Assembly: GCA_965217865.1 (NCBI GenBank)
Contig: CBDCJO010000002.1
Coordinates: 192,001 to 256,000, forward strand
Length of the DNA: 64,000 nucleotides
Source: Candidatus Latescibacterota bacterium
GTDB taxonomy: Bacteria; Latescibacterota; UBA2968; SICM01
Reading direction: 5' to 3'
How positions within the stretch are numbered: the stretch's first letter is position 1; the number at the start of each line of letters is the position of its first letter. Under the pieces are notes generated by a model. The model was not told the DNA's origin. It made no database searches and saw nothing but the letters and a program-made list of their open reading frames with translations. Both the position numbers and the translations under genes were made by a program. This document shows, piece after piece, positions 10,707 to 22,159 of the stretch.

Positions 10707-11884
10707 ATGGCACTCCCCAAGCGACCCCCGCAACGCAAGCCGCGCAGACGGCATCCCAACAACGCCCTGACACCTGCCTTTGTGCGCAACGTGAGCCAGG
10801 CCGGACGCTATTGTGACGGCCAGGGCCTCTATCTCGATGTGCGGCTCTCGGGCAGCCGGGGCTGGATCCAGCGCCTCACGATCCGCGGCCGCCGAACCGA
10901 GCTCGGGCTCGGCGGATTCCCCCTAGTCTCGCTGAAGGAAGCCCGAGAGAAGGCGTTCGCCAACCGGAAGCTCGCCCGTGAGGGAGGCGATCCCCTGTCG
11001 GAGAAGCGGCGGGTCGAGTCGACGCCCACCTTCGCGGACGCGACCCGGCAGGTCTGGAAGCAGCTGCGGCCGGGCTGGCGCTCCCCCCAGCATGCGCAGC
11101 TCTGGCTGAGCAGCCTGGAGCGCTACGCTGTTCCTCGCATCGGGAAGATGCCGATTTCGGAGGTGACCAGTGCCGACGTGATCGGGATCCTCGCTCCGAT
11201 CTGGCACGACATGCCGCCCACGGCCCGGAAGTTGCGCCAGCGCATCCGCGCGGTCATGGAGTGGGCGGTGGCGATGGGTCTCAGGCCCGACAACCCGTGC
11301 GACCGGATCGGCCCGGTGCTCGGTTCGCAGGGGGGCGTCGTTCGACACATGCGGGCGTTGCCGCGCGGCCGGTCGTGAAGCTGGCATTCGAGTTCCTGGT
11401 GCTGACGGCGACACGCTCCGGCGAGGTGCGTGGGGCGCTCTGGACGGAGATCGACCGGGGCGAGGGTGCGTGGATCATCCCGGCCCGACGCACGAAGGCG
11501 GCGCGCGAGCACCGGGTCCCGCTGTGCCGGCGTGCGCTGGAGATCCTCGAGGAGGCGCGGGCGCTCGATCACGGCAGCCCGCTCGTGTTTCCAGGCCTGC
11601 GCAGAAACCCCATTGCGACCACAGCGCTATCGGAACTGCTCAGGGAGTTAAAGATCGCGGCTGTGCCGCACGGGTTCCGGTCGAGTTTCCGGGACTGGGC
11701 GGCCGAAGATACGGATCATCCCCGCGAGGTCGTGGAGGCGGCGCTGGCGCATGTCGTCCAGAACAAGGTCGAGGCCGCCTATCGGCGCACGGACCTGTTC
11801 GACCGGCGGCGCCGACTCATGGACGACTGGGCTGCGTACCTGGCGGGCGAGAGTCGAGACGGGGAGGGTGGACCGACCCGTTGA
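10707..11884 (+). pseudogene. P4-type tyrosine integrase with internal deletion/frameshift near 11370
   Basis: Arm-binding DGQGLYL...LGLGGFP; TATRSGE, HGFRSSFRDW, LAH...AYRR in a second frame. Confidence 0.85.
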
Positions 11885-12278
11885 TCCACCGCGATAGTCA
11901 CCGGCGCCCGACAGCCATACCGGAGCAAAGATGAACTTTCTCATTCGGCTACTTCATGCGGTTAGATCAGCTTGGTTCTTGGATACCGCCCAGGCGAACC
12001 GTCACGATTGCTCCCACCGCGACGCCCGTATCGAACTCGATCAGCCGACTCAAGGGTGTGTGACCCTCTGTGGCCCGGGTTCTCTCGGGAAATCCGCGAC
12101 AATCAAAGGCGTGACGACTGATCGGATGCGCAGAATCGCCACAGCCAAATCTGAGATTCGGGACAAATACTGTGGGAAACCAGAACTGTATGGGACGACG
12201 TGCTTGTTGCACTGACGCCCGGCCGGGAAGACACAACCTGTGGACTGGAACCATTCTTTAGTAGGAGGCGAAGGAACG

Positions 12279-13413
12279 ATGACAACGGAGACCGAGAACG
12301 GCGAAGAAGCCGGCAAACCGCAAACGAGCGGGCGCGTGAAGATTGAGTGGAACTGGGACCTTGACGATGAATGGCTAGAGATGAAGAGCATCGGGTCGGG
12401 GGATCAAAAGTATGTACTCGGAGAGGAAGGCCGCTCCAGGCTGAAAGGACGATGCAGACGCTGTTGGGGCGGACTCATCGGCAAGAGAGATGCCGGAGAC
12501 GAGCTCATGGCCATTCGGTGTCGCGTTTGCGACCTTCTGCTCGAAGGCGATGAGGCCAGGGAAGAGTATGAACGGATGTCGAAGGAGGGCGGATTGAACA
12601 CATTCGGCATGGTCCTTGGCATGCGGCCGAAGTATCGCGATGACGCGACGTTCGTTCAGAAGACCTTTCCATATATGGACCGACTATCCGCGGAGGAATT
12701 CAGTCAACGCGTCAGAGACGAAGAGCAAAAAGGACCCGAGAGGAATTGGCTAACCCGCAGTTCGTTTCCCGACGGATCCGCGGGATTCCTGGTCCTTGCA
12801 GGCGCGAGCGCTGATGTCCGGGGTCGAGCGACTCCCCAGAGAGTTGTCTGTGGTGCGTTTCTGGGACGTCGATACGCATGACGACAGCTCAGCAACGGTG
12901 CATATCCCCACGGAACAGCTGAGCGAGCATTCCAAGACTAGCGAAAAAGAACTGATGAAGAGGCTCGGTTCGATCATGACCATCGCCTTGATGTCCGCGT
13001 TCGCATGCGAGTTGGCGATGAAGGCGATATGTTTGACCCGCAGGTACAAAGCTCGGAAGAGCCATGACCTGTGGCAGCTGTACAGACACCTCCCGGAGGA
13101 CAGCAGGACGCGGATCGAAGAGGATTTTCCGGAAGTCGGTTCGGTGATGGAGGATGCACGCCACACCTTCGGCGAGTGGCGATACTTCGAGGTGGATGTC
13201 GGCGGTCACGGCATCAGCGCGATGATCGACACGGACCGGGCATTCTCTCTGGCAAAGGCGGCGCGTGTGCTTCTCGACGAGGCCGAGTTGATGGGGCTCG
13301 GATACTCGGTTCATATTGATGCGACGCAACGAATCGCCGAAACCGGCGACGGGCGACACATGCATGTGAGGCACAAACTGCACACTACGGCCAAAGAGGC
13401 CCCGCCACGGTGA
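12279..13413 (+). pseudogene. Zn-finger plus HEPN-like protein, frameshift near 12795
   Basis: CRRC/CRVC motifs; AFACELAMKA...KSHDLWQLY HEPN-like signature. Confidence 0.55.
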
Positions 13414-14129
13414 TGCACAGTGCGAGTAGTCTAGCCCGCCGTCGCAACTACGGTCAGCGGGACATCCCCGTCGAGTCCGACTAAGCCCAGTACTATTGCC
13501 GCTAAGAACCTCAGCCAACGATTGCACACTGCACGGAATAATTGGGGGATTATACGGTTAGCTTGATAGCGTCCCGCTCGTTCCTCATCGGGGAGGCTAT
13601 TGGGGATGCACGACCAACTCAAGCCACTCGATTCCGCCACAAACAGGACAACTGATCTCCATGCCGGACCCTGTGGCGATGGCTTCGCATTTGATGCAGA
13701 AGAACGAGCCCTTATGCTCGCCGGACTCGTGAGACCCACCGAGCTTCTTATGATGGCGGATCCCGAACGTGATTCGCTCAAGCTCATCCATAAAGTCGCG
13801 TTGGAAGTCAGACAGGTCGGCACCCCAACGCTTTCGCAACTCTGCGACGTCTGCGGACAAGTCATCACGTAGGGCGGTGCGTTCGTGACTGGGGAGACGC
13901 TCAACTGCATCCCAAAGGACGCGTCGGGTGGCAACAAGAACGCCGCCTAGATTTCCCAAGATGACACCAGATGAGGTCGAGAGCTTGATCGCGATAAGTA
14001 ATCGACAGCGTCGTAGATTGCTGGAGTATGTACGGGGACCCGAGGCATGAGCCCACTTTAGCCCGGCTTGACGCTTGCGACAATTCCTCAACCTTGGTAA
14101 GCTCCAGCCGGTCTAACCGGGGAGTCCCA

Positions 14130-14470
14130 AGACTCTCTATAATTTCAGTCATTACTTCAAACCCATTTCCCGCGCTGATTTCTATCTTGACACCTTGCGG
14201 CACGGGACCCAGATCAGAGATTTCTTCCTGTAGCATCCGGTGATTGTCTTCATCGATTTCAATGAAGTAAAACCACACTTCACAGGTCCGAAGTATCCTG
14301 GAACTATAATCGTGGTTGAGAAAAGTTGATAACGCTACAATTGGAGAACCGGCTTCGCCCGTTTCATGACGCCCTCGTCCGGCATGGGTGTCGAGGTAGA
14401 CAATCCGCCCAGACCAAAGTGTCAGGATTGCCATTCGAGTTTGGTACTCCGAACTGGGTCGAGAGACTCA
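14130..14470 (-). pseudogene. Three-Cys-motif partner protein (TcmP-like) N-terminal fragment
   Basis: IVYLDTHAGRG...GSPIVAL...FYFIEID. Confidence 0.65.
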
Positions 14471-14518
14471 AAAAAACCCAATACCTGATGGGTACAGGAG
14501 CTGATGAGAACTGGTCGG

Positions 14519-14682
14519 CCGGCCTTCGTTGAGCGCCGCAGAGAGTCAGGGCGGTTGCAAGTAGCTCACTTGTGTCGCCGGGGTATGCGCCCCGGCCTTC
14601 GTTGAGCGGAGGAGGCTGCCGGAGATGGAGTTAACGTCACCGCGTGTGTCGCCGGGGTATGCGCCCCGGCCTTCGTTGAGCG
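14519..14682. CRISPR. Mini CRISPR array: two full 37-bp repeats, one partial repeat, two spacers (type I-G-like repeat)
   Basis: GTGTCGCCGGGGTATGCGCCCCGGCCTTCGTTGAGCG at 14572-14608 and 14646-14682, 3' half at 14519-14535; spacers of 36 and 37 bp. Confidence 0.9.
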
Positions 14683-14691
14683 GTTACGAGT

Positions 14692-14940
14692 TCAGATCAT
14701 GATCCCGGCTGTCTGGAGAATGATCCACAGCCACGAAGACCCCACCGTAACCTGACCTTCTTTGGAATTGTTTAATGCGATACCAGCTACAATCAGCAAA
14801 ATGAAAGACAATGCCAATATGAGCGCTACGCGCTTACGACTTTTGAAGCCAATCGCCTTGATCGGATAGACAATGTTGACGACGGAAACGATTCCACCGG
14901 CAAGAGCTATCAGTACGAGTATCACCGCCAGTGATTGCAT
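14692..14940 (-). CDS. Small membrane protein, possibly truncated
   Basis: Two hydrophobic segments. Confidence 0.45.
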   Translation of the reverse strand: MQSLAVILVLIALAGGIVSVVNIVYPIKAIGFKSRKRVALILALSFILLIVAGIALNNSKEGQVTVGSSWLWIILQTAGIMI

Positions 14941-15139
14941 CGTTACGTATTTCCGATCTGCGTCACAGCCTCATTTCAGACCGTTTGCCGTAGCAAACGC
15001 CTTCGTCGTCGTCTCTAGTCGTCTCGCCTTGAGGATGTGCTTCGTGCTAGGGCCCATCGCTCGACTTACCGCTCACGAAGACCATTTATGTTATGTGGTC
15101 CCGGACCCTATTAATATCCTTCTTTCCCGTAGTCCGCCA

Positions 15140-16051
15140 GCATCGCCACTGCACCGCCGTGTGGTTCCAGCACCGCTGCTGCCGGGTCTGTGGCCAGACC
15201 TGATTGACCGCGGACCAGATGCCCATATTGCCGTCGGCGACGACGAGAACAGGGTGGCTCAGGCCACGATCACGTAAGCCTCTGAGGACCTCCAGCCAGG
15301 ATTCGGTAGACTCCCTGTAGCCGGGCACCAGGGCGAGAACCTCTTTGCGGCCGTCGCTCGTGGCCCCGATGACGACCAGCAGGCACGCCTTATCCTTCTC
15401 GAGCCCGGCCTTGACGTAGATGCCGTCTGCCCAGGCGTAGACCAACTCGCGATCATCCAGGCGTCGTTCCTGCCAGGTTTGGTAGTCGGTTTCCCATTGG
15501 CCGCGGAGTCGGGCAATCGACGATGAAGACAACGGCGCCCCATCTCCGAGCAGACCCCGCAGGGCCAGCTCGAAGTCGCCTTGAGCCAGACCGTGCAGAT
15601 AAAGTTCTGGGAGCAGTTCTCCCACCTCTTTTGTGCGACGCGCGAACAAGGGCAGGATCCGGCTCTCGAAGCGCTCCTTCAATCCACGAACACGGGGCCG
15701 CTTGATCTTTATCGTGCCACAAGAGGTCGACAATCGGCGCAGCTTCCCGTAGCCGTTGCGATAACCGGGGGCCGCATCGACAGTTCCTTTACGCTCATAC
15801 CACCCCCGTCCCAGGAACTGGGTCACTTCTTCCTCGGCAATGGACTGGATGCGAACCTCGATCTCATCTCGAATCCACCCTTCCAGGGTCTCCCAGGTAG
15901 GGATGGACAAACACGGTGTGTCTGACGTATGTTTCTTCACGGCGATCCTCCTTCCCACCGGGCCAATCACCCGGCATCTTGTGGATATTTCTATCTCACC
16001 GGAAGTTTAGGGTCGCCTTCTCTCTTTTTCCACACCTTTCGAATGTAGCTC
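15140..16051 (-). mobile_element. IS256-family left end plus 3'-truncated transposase
   Basis: GYRNGYG, WADGIY, ADGNMG and QQRCWNH motifs; end reads gagctacattcgaaaggtgtggaa. Confidence 0.85.
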
Positions 16052-16319
16052 ATCCCTTTTGTGGTTGCGCGACAACCTGCGTTTCCGCCGAAAAACTTAA
16101 ACGACAGTGGATAGGCATTGACGTATCACAAAAGGCTTATGACCTGGTTATAGAGCGGCTCAACAGGGAGGTTCCGCCAGATCTGTTCAAAGGTGTTCCT
16201 GTCTTCAGGGCCGATATACCCACACGAACAGATATACAACACAAGAAAGCGCCTACGTTAGATGGACTTGACCCGGTTTCGTGGATACCTTATTACTTGG
16301 CAGAAAGGAGGATGCTACG

Positions 16320-16634
16320 ATGCCGAGGTCACATTCGCCGTATCCACCGGAGTTCAAGCGGCAGATTGTAGAACTGGTGCGAGCGGGTCGCACGCCCCAT
16401 GAGTTGTCCCGTGAGTTCGAGCCGTCGGCCCAGGCGATCCGGATCTGGATGCGGCAGGCCGATCTGGATGAGGGCCTCCGCAGTGACGGTCTGATCACCG
16501 AGGAGCGGGAGGAGATCAGACGACTGCGCCGCGAGAATAGGCAGTTGCGACAGGAGCGGGAGATCCTTGCAAAAGCCGCGGCCTGGTTCGCTCGGGAGAC
16601 CAACTCGGTGCCAGGGGAGTCTACGAGTTCGTGA
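16320..16634 (+). CDS. IS3 transposase OrfA
   Basis: HTH followed by the leucine-zipper RRLRRENRQLRQEREIL. Confidence 0.9.
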   Translation: MPRSHSPYPPEFKRQIVELVRAGRTPHELSREFEPSAQAIRIWMRQADLDEGLRSDGLITEEREEIRRLRRENRQLRQEREILAKAAAWFARETNSVPGESTSS

Positions 16635-17491
16635 AAGCCAATCAGGCCTTCTATAAAGTAGCCACGATGTGCCGGGTCCTGGAAGTCTCCACCAGTGGGT
16701 ACTACGCGTGGCTCAAGCGGCCGCTGTCGGCACGAGCGCAGGCCGATGTGGCTCTGACGGAACGGATCGTGAAGATTCACAAGTGTTCTGATGGCACCTA
16801 CGGTGTCCCGCGCATATACGAGGAGCTTGTAGCCGAGGGGGAGCGGATCGGTCGCAAGCGCGTTGCGCGGTTGATGCGTGCTGCAGGCCTGGAGGGCGTA
16901 AGTCGTCGCAAGCGGCATCGAACCACCTACCGTGATCGCGATGGGCGCGTCGCTGCTGACCTGGTCAATCGAGATTTCACGGCTAACGGGCCAGACCAGC
17001 TCTGGGTAGCCGACATCACTTACATCAGTACGTGGGCCGGCTTCCTGTATCTCGCGGTCGTTGTGGACGCCTGGAGCCGCCGCGTCGTTGGCTGGGCGAT
17101 GGCGACCCATCTGCGCGCCGAGCTGGTGCTCGAGGCGTTGAATATGGCGCTCTGGCAACGACAGCCGGAAGCCGTCATCCATCACTCCGACCAGGGATGT
17201 CAGTACACCTCCATTGCCTTCGGTCTACGGTGCCGCAAGGCCGGTGTCCGGCCCTCTATGGGCTCCACCGGTGACTGCTACGACAACGCGTTATGCGAGA
17301 GCTTCTTCGCCACGCTCGAATGCGAACGCCTGGATCGCCGAAACTACCGCACACAGGCCGAAGCTCGGATGTCCGTATTTCAATACATCGAGGGCTGGTA
17401 CAACTCCCATCGGCGACACTCAGCACTCGGATATCTCTCTCCCATGAACTTTGAGCAGACCTCCAGCGCTGTTGCCCATGAAGCCGAATGA
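16631..17491 (+). CDS. IS3 transposase OrfB (DDE)
   Basis: WVADITY, HHSDQG and DNALCESFF motifs. Confidence 0.9.
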   Translation: MKANQAFYKVATMCRVLEVSTSGYYAWLKRPLSARAQADVALTERIVKIHKCSDGTYGVPRIYEELVAEGERIGRKRVARLMRAAGLEGVSRRKRHRTTYRDRDGRVAADLVNRDFTANGPDQLWVADITYISTWAGFLYLAVVVDAWSRRVVGWAMATHLRAELVLEALNMALWQRQPEAVIHHSDQGCQYTSIAFGLRCRKAGVRPSMGSTGDCYDNALCESFFATLECERLDRRNYRTQAEARMSVFQYIEGWYNSHRRHSALGYLSPMNFEQTSSAVAHEAE

Positions 17492-17747
17492 ATCGCAACT
17501 GATAAACCGTCCGCTAAACCGGGGTAACTCCAAGAGAGGACAAAAAGCATCTCTATGGAAGCCAAAGCGGAAATTGTGCAGGATGCAAACAACATTTCCC
17601 TGATATTCGAAACTTCGAAATTGACCACTACATACCTAAATCGAAAGGGGGAAGCCACGAATGGGACAACCTTCAACTCCTTTGCGGACACTGTAACCGC
17701 ACAAAAGGCGATCGCCCTATGGAATACCTGCGCGCGCTGATCAGTCT

Positions 17748-18389
17748 CTATACAGCATCTGGCGGCAGCATGACGATCGTCGATGTCCCCAGCCGTGCGT
17801 TACCCCAATCGCAAGGTTCGAAGGTGTATGTCTCTTCCGGCTCTCCGATGGCCTGAACCGTGAGCATGAACCTTTTGAACTTGTCTACTCTCAAGCCTTC
17901 CTTACGCTGAAAGTACACCCAGCCTTTTATCCCTTTCCTGGCGGCAAGAACGATGCCGTCAACCTGTTCGATGTAACCGACGAAAGGATCCGGATGAAAC
18001 GCGAGGAACCTGCAACTCAGGCTTTCCAGGTCGGTCTCAGCTTCCAGTTCCAGCTTACTAAGCCTGGCCTCGACGTCAAGTCCGTTCTCGATTCTGACGT
18101 AGACTTCAACCCTTAGGCCATCCGGGCCGGAATAGCTGATCTGGCTCTGCTCTGGGTCTATCGTGGTTGGGATACGGGATACTGGAGGTTCGACTCGCTC
18201 ACTTTGCAGGGGAGGAACTTTGGTTTCAGTTGTGGTAGGGATCTTACAGCGATTTCTTTTCTTCCGATACTCGGACTGTGCAATATATCCGATCCAAACC
18301 AGCCCAATAGCTGGCATGATGAACTCATTCCAATCCCAAATGAAGTTGACAACTGGTTGCCAAGCACCTAAGAAGTCCAAGTCCCCCAA
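17748..18389 (-). CDS. Hypothetical membrane-anchored protein
   Basis: 213 aa with an N-terminal transmembrane segment. Confidence 0.55.
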   Translation of the reverse strand: MGDLDFLGAWQPVVNFIWDWNEFIMPAIGLVWIGYIAQSEYRKKRNRCKIPTTTETKVPPLQSERVEPPVSRIPTTIDPEQSQISYSGPDGLRVEVYVRIENGLDVEARLSKLELEAETDLESLSCRFLAFHPDPFVGYIEQVDGIVLAARKGIKGWVYFQRKEGLRVDKFKRFMLTVQAIGEPEETYTFEPCDWGNARLGTSTIVMLPPDAV

Positions 18390-18449
18390 TCTTTATGCCC
18401 TTCCAAGTCCAATGAATTATTTTCTGGAAAAAAGAAAGGGGCCAGAGTA

Positions 18450-18745
18450 GAAACGGGATCGAAAACAAGAACTTTCGCATCCCATCAATTTGGTCTCTCC
18501 TCCTTGTCGACGCCCATGAGCTGTAGGGCAGCAAGGATGGCGTTATCACTCGTGGACCGGTCCTCTATCGGAGTGCGCACACTCGGAAAAACACAACGCC
18601 CCTGCCCGGTCAGAGGGTGCAGTTCGCTCAGGGATCTCTACCGATTGGCGAGAGAGGGGAACCAGATGCGGGGTGTCGGTCTTGGTGACGGTGTAACGCC
18701 ACTCGTCCACCTTTAAGTCGATATCCGACCATTCGGCCTTGCACA
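18450..18745 (-). pseudogene. Tyrosine integrase C-terminal fragment
   Basis: AEWSDIDL...VTKTDTPHLVPLSRQ; abuts a short IS3 orfA piece at about 18745-18815. Confidence 0.6.
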
Positions 18746-19149
18746 ACTCCTGGGGTGCGCGACCCACAGCAAACTCTACCATCTGCCGCTTGAACTCCGG
18801 CGGATACGGGCTAGTTCGTGTCCCAGAAGTTCCTTCCACACACAGCACCCCGAACGCTTCGTAAACGGCCCGCCTCGGCTTACCGCAATACCGACCGAAG
18901 TGTGGATCAACCAACCTCAGAACACCGTTGAATGCGAACGTATTCGTCAGTAACTTTCACGCGAGGCGTCTCATTCACCTTGATACGTTCCGCAGATGGA
19001 GGAAGTAGAAATCCGGTCAGAGTGCGCGGGATATCCCGTTGTGGCTTATGATGTCTATTTAGGCGAGTCTGCGGGAAAGAGTAGAGGATTATCAGCGAGG
19101 AAGGCCGTAACGAGAATGGTAGCGAGGTCACAATGACCGCTGGTAGTTC

Positions 19150-19320
19150 CACGCGTCCGCGCACTTTTCGCCTTCGACGATCAGCACCGTCCGTCCGTCG
19201 CCGGTCAGCGTCTCGACGCGGTACGGAAAGCGATGTCCGGGCATGCGATGCGCCCACGCCTCGCCTTGGCGTCGGCAGGGATCGGCCGGGGTAGACCGGC
19301 AGGGCAACGACAGGTTCGCG
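19150..19320 (-). pseudogene. Phage-type primase (Toprim) fragment
   Basis: PYRVE...VLIVEGEKCADA. Confidence 0.55.
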
Positions 19321-19329
19321 CGTAATCGT

Positions 19330-19429
19330 TCCCCGTCATGCCCCTCTACGTGGCCGAAGCCTGCTACAAATACAACAACCGGAAGAACACAGACGTGTTC
19401 GGGGCGTTCCTCAAGGGGTGCTTCGCGTA
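19330..19429 (+). pseudogene. IS1595-family transposase C-terminal fragment
   Basis: MPLYVAEACYKYNNRKNTDVFGAFLKGCFA*. Confidence 0.6.
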
Positions 19430-19833
19430 ATCGTGGCAAATCTCGTCAATTCGGCATTAGGAAGTTCTTTTATCAACAGCTTGGTTCCTGATATTCTGAT
19501 ATTGAAATTATGATAGTCTCCCTTCTCGGATAGGGGAAGACGGCATTTGTTCTTGACAAATTGACTTATAGAACCAGAAAATATATTGATGGCGGTACTG
19601 TCCATGCAAGCTAAGACGATCATCCCTCCTTCGATCTGTTCGGTATCCATCATACTTTTCGGGATGGCATACCATGATGTAGATCCACCTAATATACACC
19701 AGTCCTTTCCAGACTTATCCTGTCTCCATATGTCACGCCCCTCAACTTTGCCACCAAGTTTGACACCAAAGTATTTTTCAACTTCGCAAATGACGACCCT
19801 TCGCTCATGCTTGCCAAACTGTTCAGTTGCCAT
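19411..19833 (-). CDS. Hypothetical protein, likely an IS1595 passenger
   Basis: Low-GC ORF convergent on the IS1595 transposase end. Confidence 0.55.
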   Translation of the reverse strand: MATEQFGKHERRVVICEVEKYFGVKLGGKVEGRDIWRQDKSGKDWCILGGSTSWYAIPKSMMDTEQIEGGMIVLACMDSTAINIFSGSISQFVKNKCRLPLSEKGDYHNFNIRISGTKLLIKELPNAELTRFATITRSTP

Positions 19834-19971
19834 GCCACCATCCCCCCTTTTGTCTCCCGTATATTTATGCACTGCCCAAACTGGCACTGATCTTGCGTGT
19901 TCGTATTCGTGGTGTCTATGCGGTCATTCAGCTTGACATCCAGTTCGTCAATACGACCATTCAACTAGTCC

Positions 19972-20270
19972 TGGAGTTACCCCGGTTTAGCGGACGGTTT
20001 TATCAGTTGCGATTCAGTCGGCTGCAAGGGCGACATCGCTGGAGGTGTTCTCGAAGTTCATTGGAGAGAGATATCCGAGTGCTGAGTGTCGCCGATGGAG
20101 GTTGTACCAGCCCTCGATGTATTGAAATACGGACATCCGGGCTTCGGCCTGTGTGCGGTAGTTTCGGCGATCCAGGCGTTCGCATTCAAGCGTGGCGAAG
20201 AAGCTCTCGCATAACGCGTTGTCGTAGCAATCACCGATGGAACCCATAGAGGGCCGGACACCGGCCTTGC
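19972..20270 (-). mobile_element. IS3 right-end fragment (same family as 16263-17532)
   Basis: Near-identical orfB C-terminus and right IR. Confidence 0.85.
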
Positions 20271-20445
20271 GTAATCCGGCAGAACTGCTCCGACTGCTGC
20301 CCGACTAAGCACGCAACCCAGACGCCGGGGGCGGACGGTTTCGACGTTTCGGAAATTCCTCCGGCAAGTATCCCCTTAGCGCGGCTCCTATCACCCATCG
20401 AATCAGAGGGAACGGAAATGCTGGAAAAATCTTTCCGATCTGCCT

Positions 20446-20565
20446 GCACCGTTTGATGCTCAGGGTAAGGCTGGATCGGCTTGTGGGCAGCGTTGTTTTT
20501 CGTTATAGCTTGGTTCATTCACAAGAGCCATGCCCATTCGTTACCTGAGACGTCGATCGTTATGC
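20446..20565 (-). other. Degenerate attC-like site
   Basis: GCATAAC just after the methyltransferase stop; ctcaggtaa/ttaccctgag arms; R' box degenerate. Confidence 0.45.
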
Positions 20566-20579
20566 GCCGGGCCTCAAAC

Positions 20580-21391
20580 TCAAGTGCGACGTCCAATCAC
20601 ATGCAGCATCACACCGATGTCTCGGAACTGACTTAGTTCACAGGTCTCAGCGGCTACTTGCATTACGTTTTCGTAGGCTTCGCGATTGGTCTCAGCTAGC
20701 TTTTCGATCGCGGGTTTGAGGCCGGATGCAAATCCCTGTCCACTCGCCGTGCTGATGACCTCCCAGCCCCTTCGGCCAGTTCCTTTGCCGCAACTTTTGG
20801 ATTCCCCCAATATGACTGAGTGAAGGTAGAAAGTTCCCCGGCTTCGAAATGTTGCTCCCCAAGCATGCTCCTGAGAAACTCGATGTCTTCATATCTCCTC
20901 GGGAAATCGTAGACTCCGGCTCCGATTAGACCCCAGGTGTTGAGATAGGAAGCAATACACACACCGCCCTGTCTCACTACACGACTAGCTTCACGAAGGG
21001 CAAGTATGCGGTCTGCACGGTCGAGAATATGGTAGAGCGGCCCCATCAGCAAGGCAGCATCGTAATGTGAGTCTGGGAAGTCCTTCAGATCTCTTGCATC
21101 TCCAACCCTAAAAGTGGCTGCACCGATCTGAGCTTGGGCGATTTTCTCTTTTGCGAGATTAATTAGATCCTGCGAAACATCGAGGAGAGTCACTTCAAAA
21201 CCCCTCCGAAGCAGTTCAATTGCGTACCGTCCCGGACCGCCGCCAATATCCAAAATTCTCCCTTGTGCGGGGAAATGCTTCTCTATTAGATGCATCGTAG
21301 TCGCATACTCCAAGCGCGAATTGGGTTCGGAGAGTCGATCCCATTCACGAATGGGATCAGCGCCGTAGTAGTCTATAAGAGCTTTCGCCAT
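20580..21391 (-). pseudogene. Class I SAM-dependent methyltransferase (cassette-like), frameshift near 20765
   Basis: ILDIGGGPGRY and LLMGPLYH motifs; C-terminus continues in 20580-20810. Confidence 0.75.
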
Positions 21392-21739
21392 CGGTCTTCC
21401 TTGGTCTTGAGGAGTCGCATATAACTGCATTTACGCAGGAAGGCGAAAACTGCACCGCGTCTGACCAGAACCCCGAACCAATCCCGGTTCGGGGGGGGTT
21501 GCGTCCTCCCGACGCCACCAGCGAAATTTCGCTGGGCCTGCGGAAACAAAATCAAGAAAAGTTTCCCACCTGCAAGCCGCGCATCCGCATGATTGCTCGG
21601 GCTTTGCCCGCTCTTGCGCCCCGACCGCCCGGGGCGTTCCGCGCCGCACATCGAGATTTCGCCATTGAGGGGTGAACGCTCCGGGGACGCCGCAAGTGGA
21701 ACGGCCGACGAGATGAGCAGGCCGCGATATATGCGAATC

Positions 21740-22145
21740 GACGCCGGATCAAGGGAGATCGCGGCAAGGCCTTGCGCCGAAGTCGTGCAGAACGGGTGGA
21801 AAGAACCATCGCTCACACATATGATACCGGTGGCATGCGCAGGTTGCACTTGAGAGACCGCGGCAATATCCTCAAGCGTTTGCTGATCCACATCGGGGGC
21901 TGCAACCTGGCTCTGCTCATGCGCAAAGTGATGGGCGTAGGTACTCCGAAGGCCCTCCAGGACCTGGCCAAGGCCTTGCAGCGTCTACTGCTCGTCCTAC
22001 AATCACGTTTGCTGCCCTCGGTCACCTTTTTAACCTCTTATCAGCGTCTCCTGCTCAATCTCCTTACCTTGATTTATCCGACCCGCACTCCAGGCGTCTT
22101 TTCCGTTTATGTGCGTTGAAAGGTAGTTCTTCAACGGGCTGCTAG
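21740..22145 (+). mobile_element. IS1182/IS5-like transposase C-terminus and right IR
   Basis: RAERVERTIAHTYDTGGMRR...NLALLMRK; end ttcttcaacgggctg-ctag. Confidence 0.75.
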
Positions 22146-22159
22146 CGGATAGGTCGGCA

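Larger units (their letters stand above)
16263..17532 (+). mobile_element. Complete IS3-family element
   Basis: TG...CA imperfect IRs, AGA direct repeats at 16260-16262 and 17533-17535, orfA/orfB arrangement. Confidence 0.9.
16052..17760 (+). pseudogene. C-terminal part of a DNA methyltransferase-HNH fusion, interrupted by IS3
   Basis: PFCGCATT...WIGID before the IS; CAGC...IDHYIPKSKGG...NLQLLCGHCNRTKG after it. Confidence 0.75.

Noticed and set aside
10707-11884. Tyrosine recombinase as the integron integrase
   Set aside because: It has an arm-binding N-terminal domain and P4-type motifs, lacks a recognisable IntI-specific insertion, and is broken
14536-14645. Self-targeting CRISPR spacers
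   Set aside because: No match noticed in the window by eye; a proper alignment is still needed
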